Of a stretch of DNA of 64,000 nt, positions 1 through 9,687 are shown piece by piece. The notes below the pieces were generated by a model. It was given only the letters and a program-made list of their open reading frames with translations. It was not told where the DNA came from and did not search any database. Made by a program: the position numbers and the translations under genes. The DNA is taken from contig JBKAGE010000079.1 in assembly GCA_046290225.1 (NCBI GenBank), positions 128,001 to 192,000 of the forward strand. Reading direction: 5' to 3'. Source of the DNA: Bradymonadia bacterium (GTDB taxonomy: Bacteria; Myxococcota_A; Bradymonadia; UBA7976; UBA1532). Numbering within the stretch: the stretch's first letter is position 1; each line of letters opens with the position of its first letter.

Positions 1-2
1 AG

Positions 3-1289
3 ACCGGGTTCTCTGGAGGTGACTCTGCCCTGGGCGGTCTCTCGGAGATTCTGAAGTCCGACGCGGTGGTCATGCGCCTCTGGCCCGAGCGTCCCGACGT
101 GCGGCCGGAGCTGCTCAAAGGGCAGGTGTACCAGAGGTACGACGAGGGTCGGTGGGTGCCGGCACCGAGCGGTCAGGGTCTCACCGCAGGTGCCGATGGC
201 GAGCTGGTCTTCGACGAAGGCGTGATCGCGGGCACGGTGAGGGTGGAGCGCACCGATGTCGCCGGCGAGTTCTATTTTTCTCCAGAGCGCGCCCGAAGAG
301 TCTCCGATGTCGCTGAAGAAGCCTTTGCTTCCCGACTGGGCGTGATCCGTGATCCCGGCGGGCCGCTGTGGGGTGGAGGCGCGCCCTATACGATCGCTGT
401 CGGTGTGCCGGAGAGTCGCCGTCCGTTGCTGGCCCCCACTGCGGAGGACACGCGACTGCCGGAGTTCCTCGCGCCGGCCTTCGAAGCCCTGTCGAGAGAC
501 TGGGCGCCGGGCACGCCTGACCCGGAGACTCTGGTGGCTCTGATCAGTGGCCGACTGAGAGGCTTCAAGTACACCCTGAAGCTCAAACCCACCCCCAAAG
601 GGGCAGATCCGCTCTGGCATTTTCTCAATGAGACCCAGTCGGGCCACTGTGAGCTGTTCGCCAGCGCGCTCGTGGCGCTGGTCAGGGCTCGCGGGGTGCC
701 GGCGCGGTGGGTGACGGGGTACCGGGTGACGGAGACCAACCCCGACTCTGGATACGCCATCGTCAGGGAGCGCGACGCCCACGCATGGGCTGAGGTCTAC
801 TACGACGGGCAGTGGCACACGGTAGATCCTACACCGCCGGGGGCGACACCATTCCAATCTCGGGAGATCTCAGGTGGAGCGGCCACATGGGATGCCTTCA
901 AGGGCTGGTTGAACCGACTGTGGAGTCGCCTCGGCGCGTTGCCTCCCCCCGTGATCTTCTCGGGCCTCGGGGTGCTCGTCGTCGGCGTTTTTGCATGGCT
1001 GGCCCTGAGGCGATGGGCCCGTGGACGCACTCAGTCGGCCTCTGTGGAGACCTATGGGCCCTTCGAAGCGCTGTGCCGGCGACTCACAGCAGAGGGCCTG
1101 CAACCATGGTCACCAGAAGAGCCGATCCTGCGCTACGCTCGCCAGGCTCAGCTGGCAGGGCATGTCAGGGCGGCGGTCTTGCTCGAGCGATGCGCGGCTT
1201 TGCGATTTGGCGGCGAGGGGGATGAGACGCAGCTCATCGCCGCCATCGAAGCCTATGTTGCTGAGGGGGATCCAGAGGGGCGCGGTTGA
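3..1289 (+). CDS. Transglutaminase-like (TgpA/DUF3488-type) membrane protein, 5'-truncated by window edge
   Basis: Frame is open from base 3 (TGFSGG...DAVVMR). Triad motifs GHCELFASA, HAWAEVY, VDPT; C-terminal TM helix. Confidence 0.85.
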   Translation, partial: TGFSGGDSALGGLSEILKSDAVVMRLWPERPDVRPELLKGQVYQRYDEGRWVPAPSGQGLTAGADGELVFDEGVIAGTVRVERTDVAGEFYFSPERARRVSDVAEEAFASRLGVIRDPGGPLWGGGAPYTIAVGVPESRRPLLAPTAEDTRLPEFLAPAFEALSRDWAPGTPDPETLVALISGRLRGFKYTLKLKPTPKGADPLWHFLNETQSGHCELFASALVALVRARGVPARWVTGYRVTETNPDSGYAIVRERDAHAWAEVYYDGQWHTVDPTPPGATPFQSREISGGAATWDAFKGWLNRLWSRLGALPPPVIFSGLGVLVVGVFAWLALRRWARGRTQSASVETYGPFEALCRRLTAEGLQPWSPEEPILRYARQAQLAGHVRAAVLLERCAALRFGGEGDETQLIAAIEAYVAEGDPEGRG

Positions 1290-1290
1290 G

Positions 1291-2013
1291 CTAATGATTG
1301 GTGCAGATGCGCTCACGGGCCATGCCCATGCCCAAAGCCCAGTCAGTGAGCTCGCGTTGCATGTCGGGCATGCCGCACAGTGCCAGCCACCCGTCAGCCC
1401 AGCCCGCAGGCAAGGTGTCGAGCTCACCGGCGATGTTGTGTTGCACATACCCTCGGCGCCCTGGCCAGTCCGGGGCATGGCCACTCACGACGAGGCGCAC
1501 GTCGAGGCCTGCTCGCAGCAGCTCGGTGAGCTCTCCGAGGAAGGGGAAGTCACCTGGCTGGCGGCACCCTTGATAGAGCACCGCGGGCACTCCAGCCTCC
1601 ACTAGGCCCCAGAGCAAGCCGCGCACACCGGCGAGGCCGCTGCCGTTGGTGGCCAGCAAGACCGGTCCTCCGTGGGCAAGCATGGCCTCTTGAGGAAACC
1701 CGGGTCCCTGAGGGGCGCTCACGTGGAGCGTGGCGCCGGCGGGCAAGGCACACAGCGCCTCTGAGAGGGGTCCGTTGCGTTGCACGTAGAAGCTGAGGGC
1801 CTCCGTGCCGAAGTGCTCCGAGGGCTCGTTGGCGATCACGAAGGGGCTCGAGAGCCGCTCACCCTCGACGTCGAGGGCCAGCATGCAGTACTGGCCTGGA
1901 GACCGCCAGCTCGCCCGGAGCGGCTCAGTGAGGGCCACGCGGATCACCCGACCACGCCACGTCTCGGGGTACCCGTCGAGCAGGGTGGTGGGGTGCAGAG
2001 TGGGGAGGGGCAT
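1291..2013 (-). CDS. FAD/NAD(P)-binding ferredoxin-reductase-like oxidoreductase
   Basis: PGQY, GPLSEAL, PQGPGF, GSGLAG, GYVQ and LCGMPDM motifs of the FNR family. ATG at 2013 abuts the cysK stop. Confidence 0.75.
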   Translation of the reverse strand: MPLPTLHPTTLLDGYPETWRGRVIRVALTEPLRASWRSPGQYCMLALDVEGERLSSPFVIANEPSEHFGTEALSFYVQRNGPLSEALCALPAGATLHVSAPQGPGFPQEAMLAHGGPVLLATNGSGLAGVRGLLWGLVEAGVPAVLYQGCRQPGDFPFLGELTELLRAGLDVRLVVSGHAPDWPGRRGYVQHNIAGELDTLPAGWADGWLALCGMPDMQRELTDWALGMGMARERICTNH

Positions 2014-2951
2014 CAGGACTCCAGCAAGTCTTTGTAGAGCGGCGTCGAGAGATACCGCTCTGCAGAAGATGCAAAAATCACCACAAGGGTGCGTCCGGCC
2101 CATTCAGATCGACGGGCGATCTTCAGCGCCGCGGCGCACGTGGCCCCTGAAGAGATGCCCGCGGGGATCCCCTCGAGGCGTGCCAGTGCCCGGGCGGTGT
2201 CGAAGGCCTCTTTGTCGGTGACGGTGACCACCTCGTCGATGAGATCGCGCTGCAAATTCTCGGGCACGAAGCCTGCGCCGATGCCTTGGATACGGTGCAT
2301 GCCTCTGCGTTTGCCCGAGAGCACCGCGCTCGTAGAAGGCTCCACGGCAAAGACCTCGACGTCGGCGCTCTGGCTCTTCAGGAACCCGCCGATGCCGGTG
2401 ATGGAGCCCCCAGTGCCCACCCCAGAGACGAGGCCGTGGACCTCACCCTCGGTGTCTTCCCAGATCTCGCGGCCGGTGGTCTCACGGTGGACACGTGGGT
2501 TGTTGGGGTTGGAGAACTGCTGCAGCAACAAAGACTTGGGGTGCGAGGCAGCCAGGGCTCTCGCCCGGGCGACGGCCCCCTGCATGCCCTCCGCGGCGGG
2601 GGTGAGCTCCAGCTCGGCGCCGAGGCCTTTGAGCAGAGCACGACGCTCTTCGGACATCGAGTCGGGCATGGTCAGGATCAAGCGTACGCCGCGTACGGCG
2701 GCGGCGAAGGCCAGGGCGATGCCGGTGTTGCCGCTCGTGGGCTCGATGACCACAGTCTCGGCGCACAGACGGCCCTCTGCGGCGGCGGCATCGAGCATGG
2801 CCACACCCACCCGATCCTTGATGCTCGACAGCGGGTTGAAGAACTCGAGCTTGGCCAGGATCGTGCCGTGACACCCCTCGGCGATGCGGTTGAGCCGAAC
2901 CAGGGGCGTGCGGCCGATGGTCTGGGTGATGTCGTCGAAGATGCGGGCCAT
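2013..2951 (-). CDS. cysK: Cysteine synthase A (O-acetylserine sulfhydrylase)
   Basis: IGRTPLVRL, KLEFFNPLSSIKDR (PLP lysine), EPTSGNTGIALA, GVGTGGS, IQGIGAGF, ERYLST. Confidence 0.95.
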   Translation of the reverse strand: MARIFDDITQTIGRTPLVRLNRIAEGCHGTILAKLEFFNPLSSIKDRVGVAMLDAAAAEGRLCAETVVIEPTSGNTGIALAFAAAVRGVRLILTMPDSMSEERRALLKGLGAELELTPAAEGMQGAVARARALAASHPKSLLLQQFSNPNNPRVHRETTGREIWEDTEGEVHGLVSGVGTGGSITGIGGFLKSQSADVEVFAVEPSTSAVLSGKRRGMHRIQGIGAGFVPENLQRDLIDEVVTVTDKEAFDTARALARLEGIPAGISSGATCAAALKIARRSEWAGRTLVVIFASSAERYLSTPLYKDLLES

Positions 2952-3008
2952 CCGTGCTCCGTGATGGGGGCGGGCTGAGTTGCAGGTGCCTCTGAGATCA
3001 GAGGCCGA

Positions 3009-4055
3009 TCATTCTACATAATCGGGCATGAAGACCGGACGGCCCCGTGGCGCAGAGGGCACCTCTCTCGTCGTCCGTCGTCGGGTCCGGCGACGCCTGC
3101 CAGAGGGTCGAGGGAGATCTTCCGCCTTGGGTGTGGGTGACACCCGATCTTTCGGGGGCTCTGGCTTCGGTGGCGGATCGGAGGCCGCGGTACGGAGCGT
3201 GGCCACCAGCGGTTGAGGCGGTGACTTCTCCGGATCGACGAGGGCCATCAAGACACCATCAGGGGCAAAGCCGGTGGGCCACCATGGGGCCTGCTTCACC
3301 CTGATCCAGGGAATGAGCTCGGCCACGGCACCCGCGAGGGGCAGGCGGTTGTCTGCAGGGCGCCCTCGGGCCACCAGCTGTGCTGCGGCCATCTCCAACA
3401 CGGTTTGATCGTCCGCGACGCGATCAGCTTCAGCGGGCCCGCGAAAGAGCGCGAGCTCGGGCAGGGCGAGGGCCGAGAGACCCGCCGTGCGCCAACCACC
3501 GCCCTCGGGTCTCACCGCCACCAGCATGTGCACAGGCACACCGCCACTCGGGGAAAGCCCAGGCCATGCGTCACCGCTGAATGTGCGGTCGAGCAGAGGG
3601 TCGATCACCTCTCGCCCAGGGCCGCTGAGGCAGCTGGTGACGACGATGTGCAGCGCCAGAGCGAGAGAGCGCCGTGCCTCCACGGGGGTGGCCACCTGCC
3701 AGCGTGCGTCCTGCTGTCGGATCGCCACGGGGTGGGGCAGCTTCGGATAAGTGACGAGGCGAGCGTCAGATGCGGACATCACCCGGGCTTTGCGATAGCC
3801 CGCCTTGGCGAGGCAGTCCTGCAGGGGTCCGGAGCCCGGCAGGGTCTCGGGCACACCCGAGATCGACCAGCTCCGCTCGAGCGGGCCCTTGGTGGTCTCG
3901 GCGGGTGGGCTCGCATCAGCGCTCTGGGTTGCCGCTTCAGGCTGCTCAGGCGCTTCTGGCTTTGCCGTGAGCCAGAACAAAGCGCCGCAGGCGAGCACCG
4001 CCACCAGGATGGGGTACCCGGACCAGGGGCCGCGGCGTCGAGAAGAGGGGGCCAT
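3009..4055 (-). CDS. Hypothetical protein with N-terminal membrane anchor
   Basis: 348-aa ORF with a hydrophobic N-terminal segment, co-oriented with its neighbours. Confidence 0.6.
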   Translation of the reverse strand: MAPSSRRRGPWSGYPILVAVLACGALFWLTAKPEAPEQPEAATQSADASPPAETTKGPLERSWSISGVPETLPGSGPLQDCLAKAGYRKARVMSASDARLVTYPKLPHPVAIRQQDARWQVATPVEARRSLALALHIVVTSCLSGPGREVIDPLLDRTFSGDAWPGLSPSGGVPVHMLVAVRPEGGGWRTAGLSALALPELALFRGPAEADRVADDQTVLEMAAAQLVARGRPADNRLPLAGAVAELIPWIRVKQAPWWPTGFAPDGVLMALVDPEKSPPQPLVATLRTAASDPPPKPEPPKDRVSPTPKAEDLPRPSGRRRRTRRRTTREVPSAPRGRPVFMPDYVE

Positions 4056-4064
4056 CAGGGGAGA

Positions 4065-5363
4065 TCAGTCGCCGTGGGGGTTGGGGCCGAAGTGGCCGTG
4101 ATGGTGATGGCCGTCATCCTTCCGGATGAAGCTGCCGCCGGGGGTGAGATCCACGTGGAAGTGGTTGTCGTGTGCGGCGTTGAAGTTCGGGGTCAGCACG
4201 ATGTTGAAGATGCCTCTGTTGAACATCTGCTGGCCGAGGTTGAAGAGCCACTCGCCCTTCTCGGTGGAGAAGTTGCGGGTGTCGTGCTCCCAGTGATCTT
4301 CCACGTCGTAGATCTCGCCATCAGCGGTGCGGAACCACTTGATGTCGATGGCAGCGGCCCGGCCATGCTCGCTCAAGGTGTCAGTACCGGAGATGACCCG
4401 GCAGTGATACGTGCCGATGTGGCCCACCTCGACGATGTCGGACTCGCGCAGCAGCGCGCTCAGCTCGTGGAGGGCCGCGGCGAGATCACACGACACGTAC
4501 ATGGGCTGGGGCGTGTCGTGGGTGACGTAACGGTAGCTCACGCCGTTGACCGGGCTGCGGAGCATGATGGGCGTGTCGATCGTGCACTCGAGATCGCCAC
4601 GACCTGCCGGGCTCTCACCAGGCTGGCCAGCGAGGGCGTAGTTCATGCCGAGGCGCTCGATCTCGGCGATGCAGCCCATCACCGGGGGCGGGTCGATGTC
4701 TGCCGAGCCAGGGACACACACGCCGCGGCGGGTATCGGGCTCGCTGAACCGCCCGCGGGTCTCGCAGCGATATCCAGGGCGGCACCCTGTGTCGAAGGCG
4801 TTGTAGTCACAGCGCTGCACACAGGCACCACCATCGACCACCTCACCGATACAGAACGTCACCGGCATGCCGTCGCGATCGGGGCAGACCCGCTCACAGT
4901 CGAGGCTGCACATGCCCCGTGGGTAACCCTCGTCGTCTTGCAGACAGTACCCCTCGTCGTAATCACAGTCGCCGTCATTGCTGCAGGGCCCGCCGATCCA
5001 GCCCGCATTCACGTTGGGATCCGGTGGCAGATCGGGGGGCACCTCGGCGTCGGGCGTCTGGGGATCCATGTCGGGGGGAGGTGGCCCGGCATCAGGCATG
5101 GGCGGGGGTTCGGCGTCAGGTGCACCACCCCCCATGTTGCCAGCGCCTCCGACGGCGCCGCCCTGGCCCCCCTCACCGGCTGCACCACCCATGCCCACGA
5201 ACATGTCCGGTCGAGGCGTGTTACCGAAATCCGGGGGATCGATCTGTTGCTGCATGCCCGAGTCGGGGGAGGTGATCTGTCGTCGATCATCATCACCGCC
5301 CTCATCTGAGCAGCCAGATGTGATGGTCAGGGCGAGGGCAGCGATTAATGCTGTCAGGCGCAT
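4065..5363 (-). CDS. Lipoprotein with Cys-rich repeat region and C-terminal extensin-like (M15-peptidase-like) domain
   Basis: Lipobox ITSGC, Pro/Asp linker, Cys-rich block. C-terminal GTYHCR, SEHGRAAAID, HDNHFHVD. Start chosen at MRLTAL. Confidence 0.75.
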   Translation of the reverse strand: MRLTALIAALALTITSGCSDEGGDDDRRQITSPDSGMQQQIDPPDFGNTPRPDMFVGMGGAAGEGGQGGAVGGAGNMGGGAPDAEPPPMPDAGPPPPDMDPQTPDAEVPPDLPPDPNVNAGWIGGPCSNDGDCDYDEGYCLQDDEGYPRGMCSLDCERVCPDRDGMPVTFCIGEVVDGGACVQRCDYNAFDTGCRPGYRCETRGRFSEPDTRRGVCVPGSADIDPPPVMGCIAEIERLGMNYALAGQPGESPAGRGDLECTIDTPIMLRSPVNGVSYRYVTHDTPQPMYVSCDLAAALHELSALLRESDIVEVGHIGTYHCRVISGTDTLSEHGRAAAIDIKWFRTADGEIYDVEDHWEHDTRNFSTEKGEWLFNLGQQMFNRGIFNIVLTPNFNAAHDNHFHVDLTPGGSFIRKDDGHHHHGHFGPNPHGD

Positions 5364-5490
5364 GAGGGGCTCCGAACGGTCGAAGCCGACATTCTGCATA
5401 AGGTGGGGGAGGGATGCCAGAGGGGCGAGCAGTTATGTCAGGCCCTCTAAAGGCCCGCTGCTGTGGGTATGGGCGAGTACGTGGGGCGGA

Positions 5491-6015
5491 TCAATCCGCG
5501 GGCAGGCCGATCCACACCCAACAGCGGGTGCCGTCGGCGCGCTGGCGGCCTTCGAAGGGCAGGACCACCCCACGCTGTGGAGCCCAGCGACGCATGGCCC
5601 CGGTGAGGCCGCCCATGGCCTTGGGGCTGTTGAGTCCCAGTGCTTCGACTGCCTCGTCTACGGTCAACTCGCCCTTCTCTTCGAGGATCTCCACGAAGCG
5701 GCGGGTGGGCTCAGGTACTTCAGTGAGGTATTTGGCCCAGCGCTCGGCGTGAGGCAGATGGGACAAATCGGCCTGCTGAGTGGTGGCCGAGCGTCTGGGC
5801 TTGCGCCGAGGTTTGCGCTCGGAATGGGCACCACCCTGCAGATAGCTGCTCTGCTTGAGCAGCGCGCTGCGGGAGGAAGGGCTCGTACTCGGTGCGCTGG
5901 CGATTGTGCCCTCATGGCCCTCTTGCCCGAGACTGTGCATCAAATCGGAGAGGGCCTGAGCGACGCCGGGCCGGCCCATGGCCTGAAGTGGCACCTCGAT
6001 TTGAATATGTGACAT
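5491..6015 (-). CDS. Hypothetical protein, possible winged-helix DNA-binding domain
   Basis: C-terminal ELTVDEAVEALGLNSPKAMGG resembles an HTH. Start uncertain (6015 or 6033). Confidence 0.5.
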   Translation of the reverse strand: MSHIQIEVPLQAMGRPGVAQALSDLMHSLGQEGHEGTIASAPSTSPSSRSALLKQSSYLQGGAHSERKPRRKPRRSATTQQADLSHLPHAERWAKYLTEVPEPTRRFVEILEEKGELTVDEAVEALGLNSPKAMGGLTGAMRRWAPQRGVVLPFEGRQRADGTRCWVWIGLPAD

Positions 6016-6245
6016 GTGTGTTTGCCCTTTCAACGCACCCTGTCAGCCCAAAGAGTTCCCTCTCATGGAGAGCGCTCAAAGGCTGTCTGGATTGTTGTGA
6101 TGTCTATTTCGACGTTGTCGTAGAACGTTGTCGTTTGAAAGTGTGCCCGCTGACTCGAATGTGGGATTGACGCCCAGTATTCAAATCAGTCTGAAGTGAG
6201 GAATCAAGAAAAAAGCGGTTTCTTCGCACTGTTTAATCGGGCTGT

Positions 6246-7667
6246 TCAGCGGCGAGAGTCCCTGGAAATAAAGAACGATTCTCGAACTTGGATACACCGT
6301 TCCGGGGTGTCACAGGTACCTGATTCAGAGGGGAGTGACTGTCCATCAACCCGGGCTGTGCCCTGAGAAGGTCCTCTGAGCATCACGTCCACCATGTGTA
6401 TTTCACCGCTGAGACCATCACTGTCTTCGTCGACGTCCGCAGGCTCTGATGCAGCCGTGGTCAGACAGGCCTGACCGCGCTGATCTGTCCAGGCTCGGGT
6501 GAGAAACCCCTCAGCATGGCTGAGGACCTCGACCGCCACCCCGTCGACTGCACGATCAGACTGATCCACCACCTGCACGGCGACGCATCCGCCGGGACGT
6601 ATGGTTCGCCCATAGGCGACAAGCCCGCTGCCTGTGAACGTGTCACAGATCCAAGGCACTGAAGGGGATTCTCCCCGTCGGATGGCGCCAAGCTCTTGAG
6701 CGGACAGCGGAGCGAACGGATCGTTGGGCCCCGGGCGACTCTGCAGCGTGCCCCCTTGTCCTGACTGTCGCCAGACCGCCTCTCGCTCGTCAAAGGTGAA
6801 ACGATTGATCTCCACCCGCGAGGTCGTGGCGGGCTCTGAATCGACCAGTCGGTCGAATACTTGTTCCGACACTTGGATACATTGAGCGAAGGGCGGCATG
6901 CTCTCGATGCGCTCGCCCTCTCCGTCATACACATCGTGATACGCATACGCTGTCACCCACAGCAGATCTCCGGTGCTGGTGACGAAGGGACCCGGGAGCT
7001 GTTCGGTGACAGTACGGCCGTTGTCGTAAAACACCCAGCCCTCTCGAATCTGATCGGCGGGCAGGGGTTCATACAACGGCCCGCTCTCGCACACCGCGTC
7101 GTCGCAGGTGAGCGCCACTGCAGGCTCGAGGGTGACATGGTTCTCGAGGGTTTCGCTGGGAAAGGGCTGGGGAATGACACGTGTGAGGGGGATATGCCCA
7201 GGATGTTTGAAGGTGAGTCGCATGAATGGACAGGGCCCTGCATGCACGTCGAGGGCATAATTGCCCATGCCGTCGGTTGTTCCCTCCTGGTACAGATCGT
7301 CGCAGCCCACGGTGACCTGCACACCCGCTCCGAGGCCGGCACCGAGCCTCACTGTTCCACTCAACGTGGTGGACTCGATGGGCGGCAGATAGAGATCAGG
7401 CATGGCGTCTGGAGGGCCCATGTCGAGGATCTCTGCGTCGGGCATCGCGTCGGCGATGGCGGCATCGACGATGAGCTCGGTGGGCTCGCAGCCCATCGAG
7501 CCCACGAAGAGGACGCCCCAGAGCCCTAAGGTGAACGACCTTCTCGACGCGCCCGGCAAAAGCCGAAGCAAAAGCCGAAGCAAAAGCCGAAGCAAAAGCC
7601 GAAGCAAAAGCCGAAGCAAATGCCGCGAGAAATGTGGAGAACAGGGGCCAATGTTGTAGATCCCCAT
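6246..7667 (-). CDS. Hypothetical exported lipoprotein with carboxypeptidase-regulatory-like beta domain
   Basis: Possible lipobox SMGC; LSGTVR...GTTDGMGNY motif. The N-terminus contains the 12-bp repeat, so the start is uncertain. Confidence 0.6.
   Translation of the reverse strand: MGIYNIGPCSPHFSRHLLRLLLRLLLRLLLRLLLRLLPGASRRSFTLGLWGVLFVGSMGCEPTELIVDAAIADAMPDAEILDMGPPDAMPDLYLPPIESTTLSGTVRLGAGLGAGVQVTVGCDDLYQEGTTDGMGNYALDVHAGPCPFMRLTFKHPGHIPLTRVIPQPFPSETLENHVTLEPAVALTCDDAVCESGPLYEPLPADQIREGWVFYDNGRTVTEQLPGPFVTSTGDLLWVTAYAYHDVYDGEGERIESMPPFAQCIQVSEQVFDRLVDSEPATTSRVEINRFTFDEREAVWRQSGQGGTLQSRPGPNDPFAPLSAQELGAIRRGESPSVPWICDTFTGSGLVAYGRTIRPGGCVAVQVVDQSDRAVDGVAVEVLSHAEGFLTRAWTDQRGQACLTTAASEPADVDEDSDGLSGEIHMVDVMLRGPSQGTARVDGQSLPSESGTCDTPERCIQVRESFFISRDSRR
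7556..7625. repeat. 12-bp tandem repeat (GCAAAAGCCGAA) x5 plus a partial copy
   Basis: Five exact copies at 7556-7615, then GCAAATGCCG. Confidence 0.95.
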
Positions 7668-7767
7668 GGAGCGCCCTTCCTGTTTGAATCAGGGCTCGCG
7701 AGTATAGAGCACTCTGAGAGCACATGCGCACCGCCGAACGAACTCACCGTGATCAGAAAGGGCAGCG

Positions 7768-8823
7768 TTGAACCGGATCCAGATACAGCGAGGGAGTGTG
7801 GGCTACATCGCCATGTGGGCGGTGGCCCTGGCAGGTGGTGGGGCTGTGTTGATGTACGTGCGCCCCATTCTGGTGCCCCTGACCCTGGCCCTCATCACCT
7901 CGGTGCTGGTGCTGCCCATCGTCAAAGGGCTCATCGCCCGCCGAGTGCCGAGCATGGTGGCCATCCTCGTCGGTGAGCTGGCTGCGCTGGGCCCGGTGCT
8001 GGCGTTCCTGGGGCTGTTCCTCGCCACTGCGGGGCCCGTCTCGCAACAGCTGCCCAAATATCAGGAAGCACTGGTGGTGCAAGGGAACGAGGCTCTGGCA
8101 GTCATCATCGAGCGTCTGAGCCCCGCCACAGCTCAGGAAGAGTTCACTCGCCAGCTCATGGAAGATCTGATGCCCCGACTGGTCACCGAGGCGGTGAGCC
8201 TGGTGCAGCAGAGCGTCACGGGCCTCACTGTGTTCCTGGGCAATCTGTTTCTGGTGTTCCTCTTCAGCACCTTCATCCTGCTCGAGGCGCGGCGGTTCAG
8301 CGAGAAGATCGAGAAGTCCTTCGGCAAAGGCACGGCGTTGATGACGTCGCTGGGCCGCATCGAGAAGCACGTGCGGGCGTATGTGCTGGCGAAGTCCTTC
8401 ATGAGCCTCGTCACGGCGCTGTCGGTGTGGGCATTTCTCTCTGTCATGGGGGTGGACTTCGCCTTCTTCTGGGGGGTGTTGGCGTTCCCATTGAACTTCA
8501 TCCCCACGGTGGGGGCCCTCATCGCCTCGGTGCCACCGATTTTGCTCGCGGCCATCGACCCGGACATGTCGAGCCTCGCCAGCACCACCGTGCTGGTGGG
8601 TCTCACCGTGATCAACGCCGTGATCGGATCCTACCTGGAGCCCCGTTTCGTGGGCCGCTCGGTGCAGCTCTCGCCCCTGGTGGTCTTCTTGTCGATGGTG
8701 GTGTGGCTGCTGCTCTGGGGGCCCATGGGCATGCTGCTGGCGGTGCCGATCATGGTGTCGGTGAAGATCATCTGCAGCCACATTGAAGGCCTGAGACCGG
8801 TGGCGGCCCTGATGGAGCCGTGA
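7768..8823 (+). CDS. AI-2E family transporter
   Basis: Multi-TM protein with LNFIPTVG, LEPRFVG, LSPLVV, WGPMGMLLAVP. Confidence 0.9.
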   Translation: MNRIQIQRGSVGYIAMWAVALAGGGAVLMYVRPILVPLTLALITSVLVLPIVKGLIARRVPSMVAILVGELAALGPVLAFLGLFLATAGPVSQQLPKYQEALVVQGNEALAVIIERLSPATAQEEFTRQLMEDLMPRLVTEAVSLVQQSVTGLTVFLGNLFLVFLFSTFILLEARRFSEKIEKSFGKGTALMTSLGRIEKHVRAYVLAKSFMSLVTALSVWAFLSVMGVDFAFFWGVLAFPLNFIPTVGALIASVPPILLAAIDPDMSSLASTTVLVGLTVINAVIGSYLEPRFVGRSVQLSPLVVFLSMVVWLLLWGPMGMLLAVPIMVSVKIICSHIEGLRPVAALMEP

Positions 8824-8841
8824 GAGCGGACGGCCGTCCGC

Positions 8842-9687
8842 TCACTGCGGTCGAAACACCGCCCTGACCCGCACCGTACAGGCGCTCTTCTGCCGCTTGA
8901 GGGGCTTGAGCGCGCTCAACGCCTCGGTGACACAGTCCGACAGACCCGTGGCCAGCAGCGTCGTCTCCTCGAGGGTGGCGTCGATGGGGGGGGACTTCGG
9001 CGAGAGCCCGTAGGCCATCGTCAGGCGGCCGGTGCGCCCTTTGTCGGGATCCACCGTTCGGGCGTAGCACTCGCCGAGGGCTTGGACCATGGGTCGAAGT
9101 TGCCGCTTGATGGAAGAGGTCGAGCACTTGCCTTCGATTTGGGGGGGGCGGAGCTCCACCTTCACCGGCAGGCGTCGAGGGCGATCACCTTCGGGGCGGG
9201 CCACCACCCGGATGGGCATTGGAGGCACCTCGTGCACATCGCGGAAGGTGGCCTTGGCCAGGGCCGCGGGCAGCCGCATGTCGCGCTCTGGCGCCGAGTC
9301 GGCCCCATCTGCTGGTCGGGGGTAGTCTCCCCAGCCCACCACCTTCCAGGTGCCGCTGTGATACTCGAACCAGAGGTCGAACAACTGGCGATCGCCATTG
9401 AGGGTGAGCAGGGCGGTGATCACCGCCCGGTTGTCGATCATCCGCAGGCGCCAGATGTCGTTGAAGGTGTAGGCCTCCGGGGCACTCACCACCAGCGGGA
9501 TGGGGAAATCCTTCGGATCCACAGTGTCGGCGAAGAACGGCTTCGCCACCTCGATGTCGCTGAACACGTGATGGGTGAGATAGCGCCGAGCGGCAATCTC
9601 CGGATCAGCAATGCCTTCGTTCACCGCACGACGAGGATCATCACAGGCCCACACCGAGCACAAAACGATCAAGAGCCACCAACGCAT
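8842..9687 (-). CDS. Lipoprotein with possible AgmX/PglI-like C-terminal domain
   Basis: Lipobox VWAC; C-terminal LGECY...GRLT...LSDCV pattern. Confidence 0.55.
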   Translation of the reverse strand: MRWWLLIVLCSVWACDDPRRAVNEGIADPEIAARRYLTHHVFSDIEVAKPFFADTVDPKDFPIPLVVSAPEAYTFNDIWRLRMIDNRAVITALLTLNGDRQLFDLWFEYHSGTWKVVGWGDYPRPADGADSAPERDMRLPAALAKATFRDVHEVPPMPIRVVARPEGDRPRRLPVKVELRPPQIEGKCSTSSIKRQLRPMVQALGECYARTVDPDKGRTGRLTMAYGLSPKSPPIDATLEETTLLATGLSDCVTEALSALKPLKRQKSACTVRVRAVFRPQ

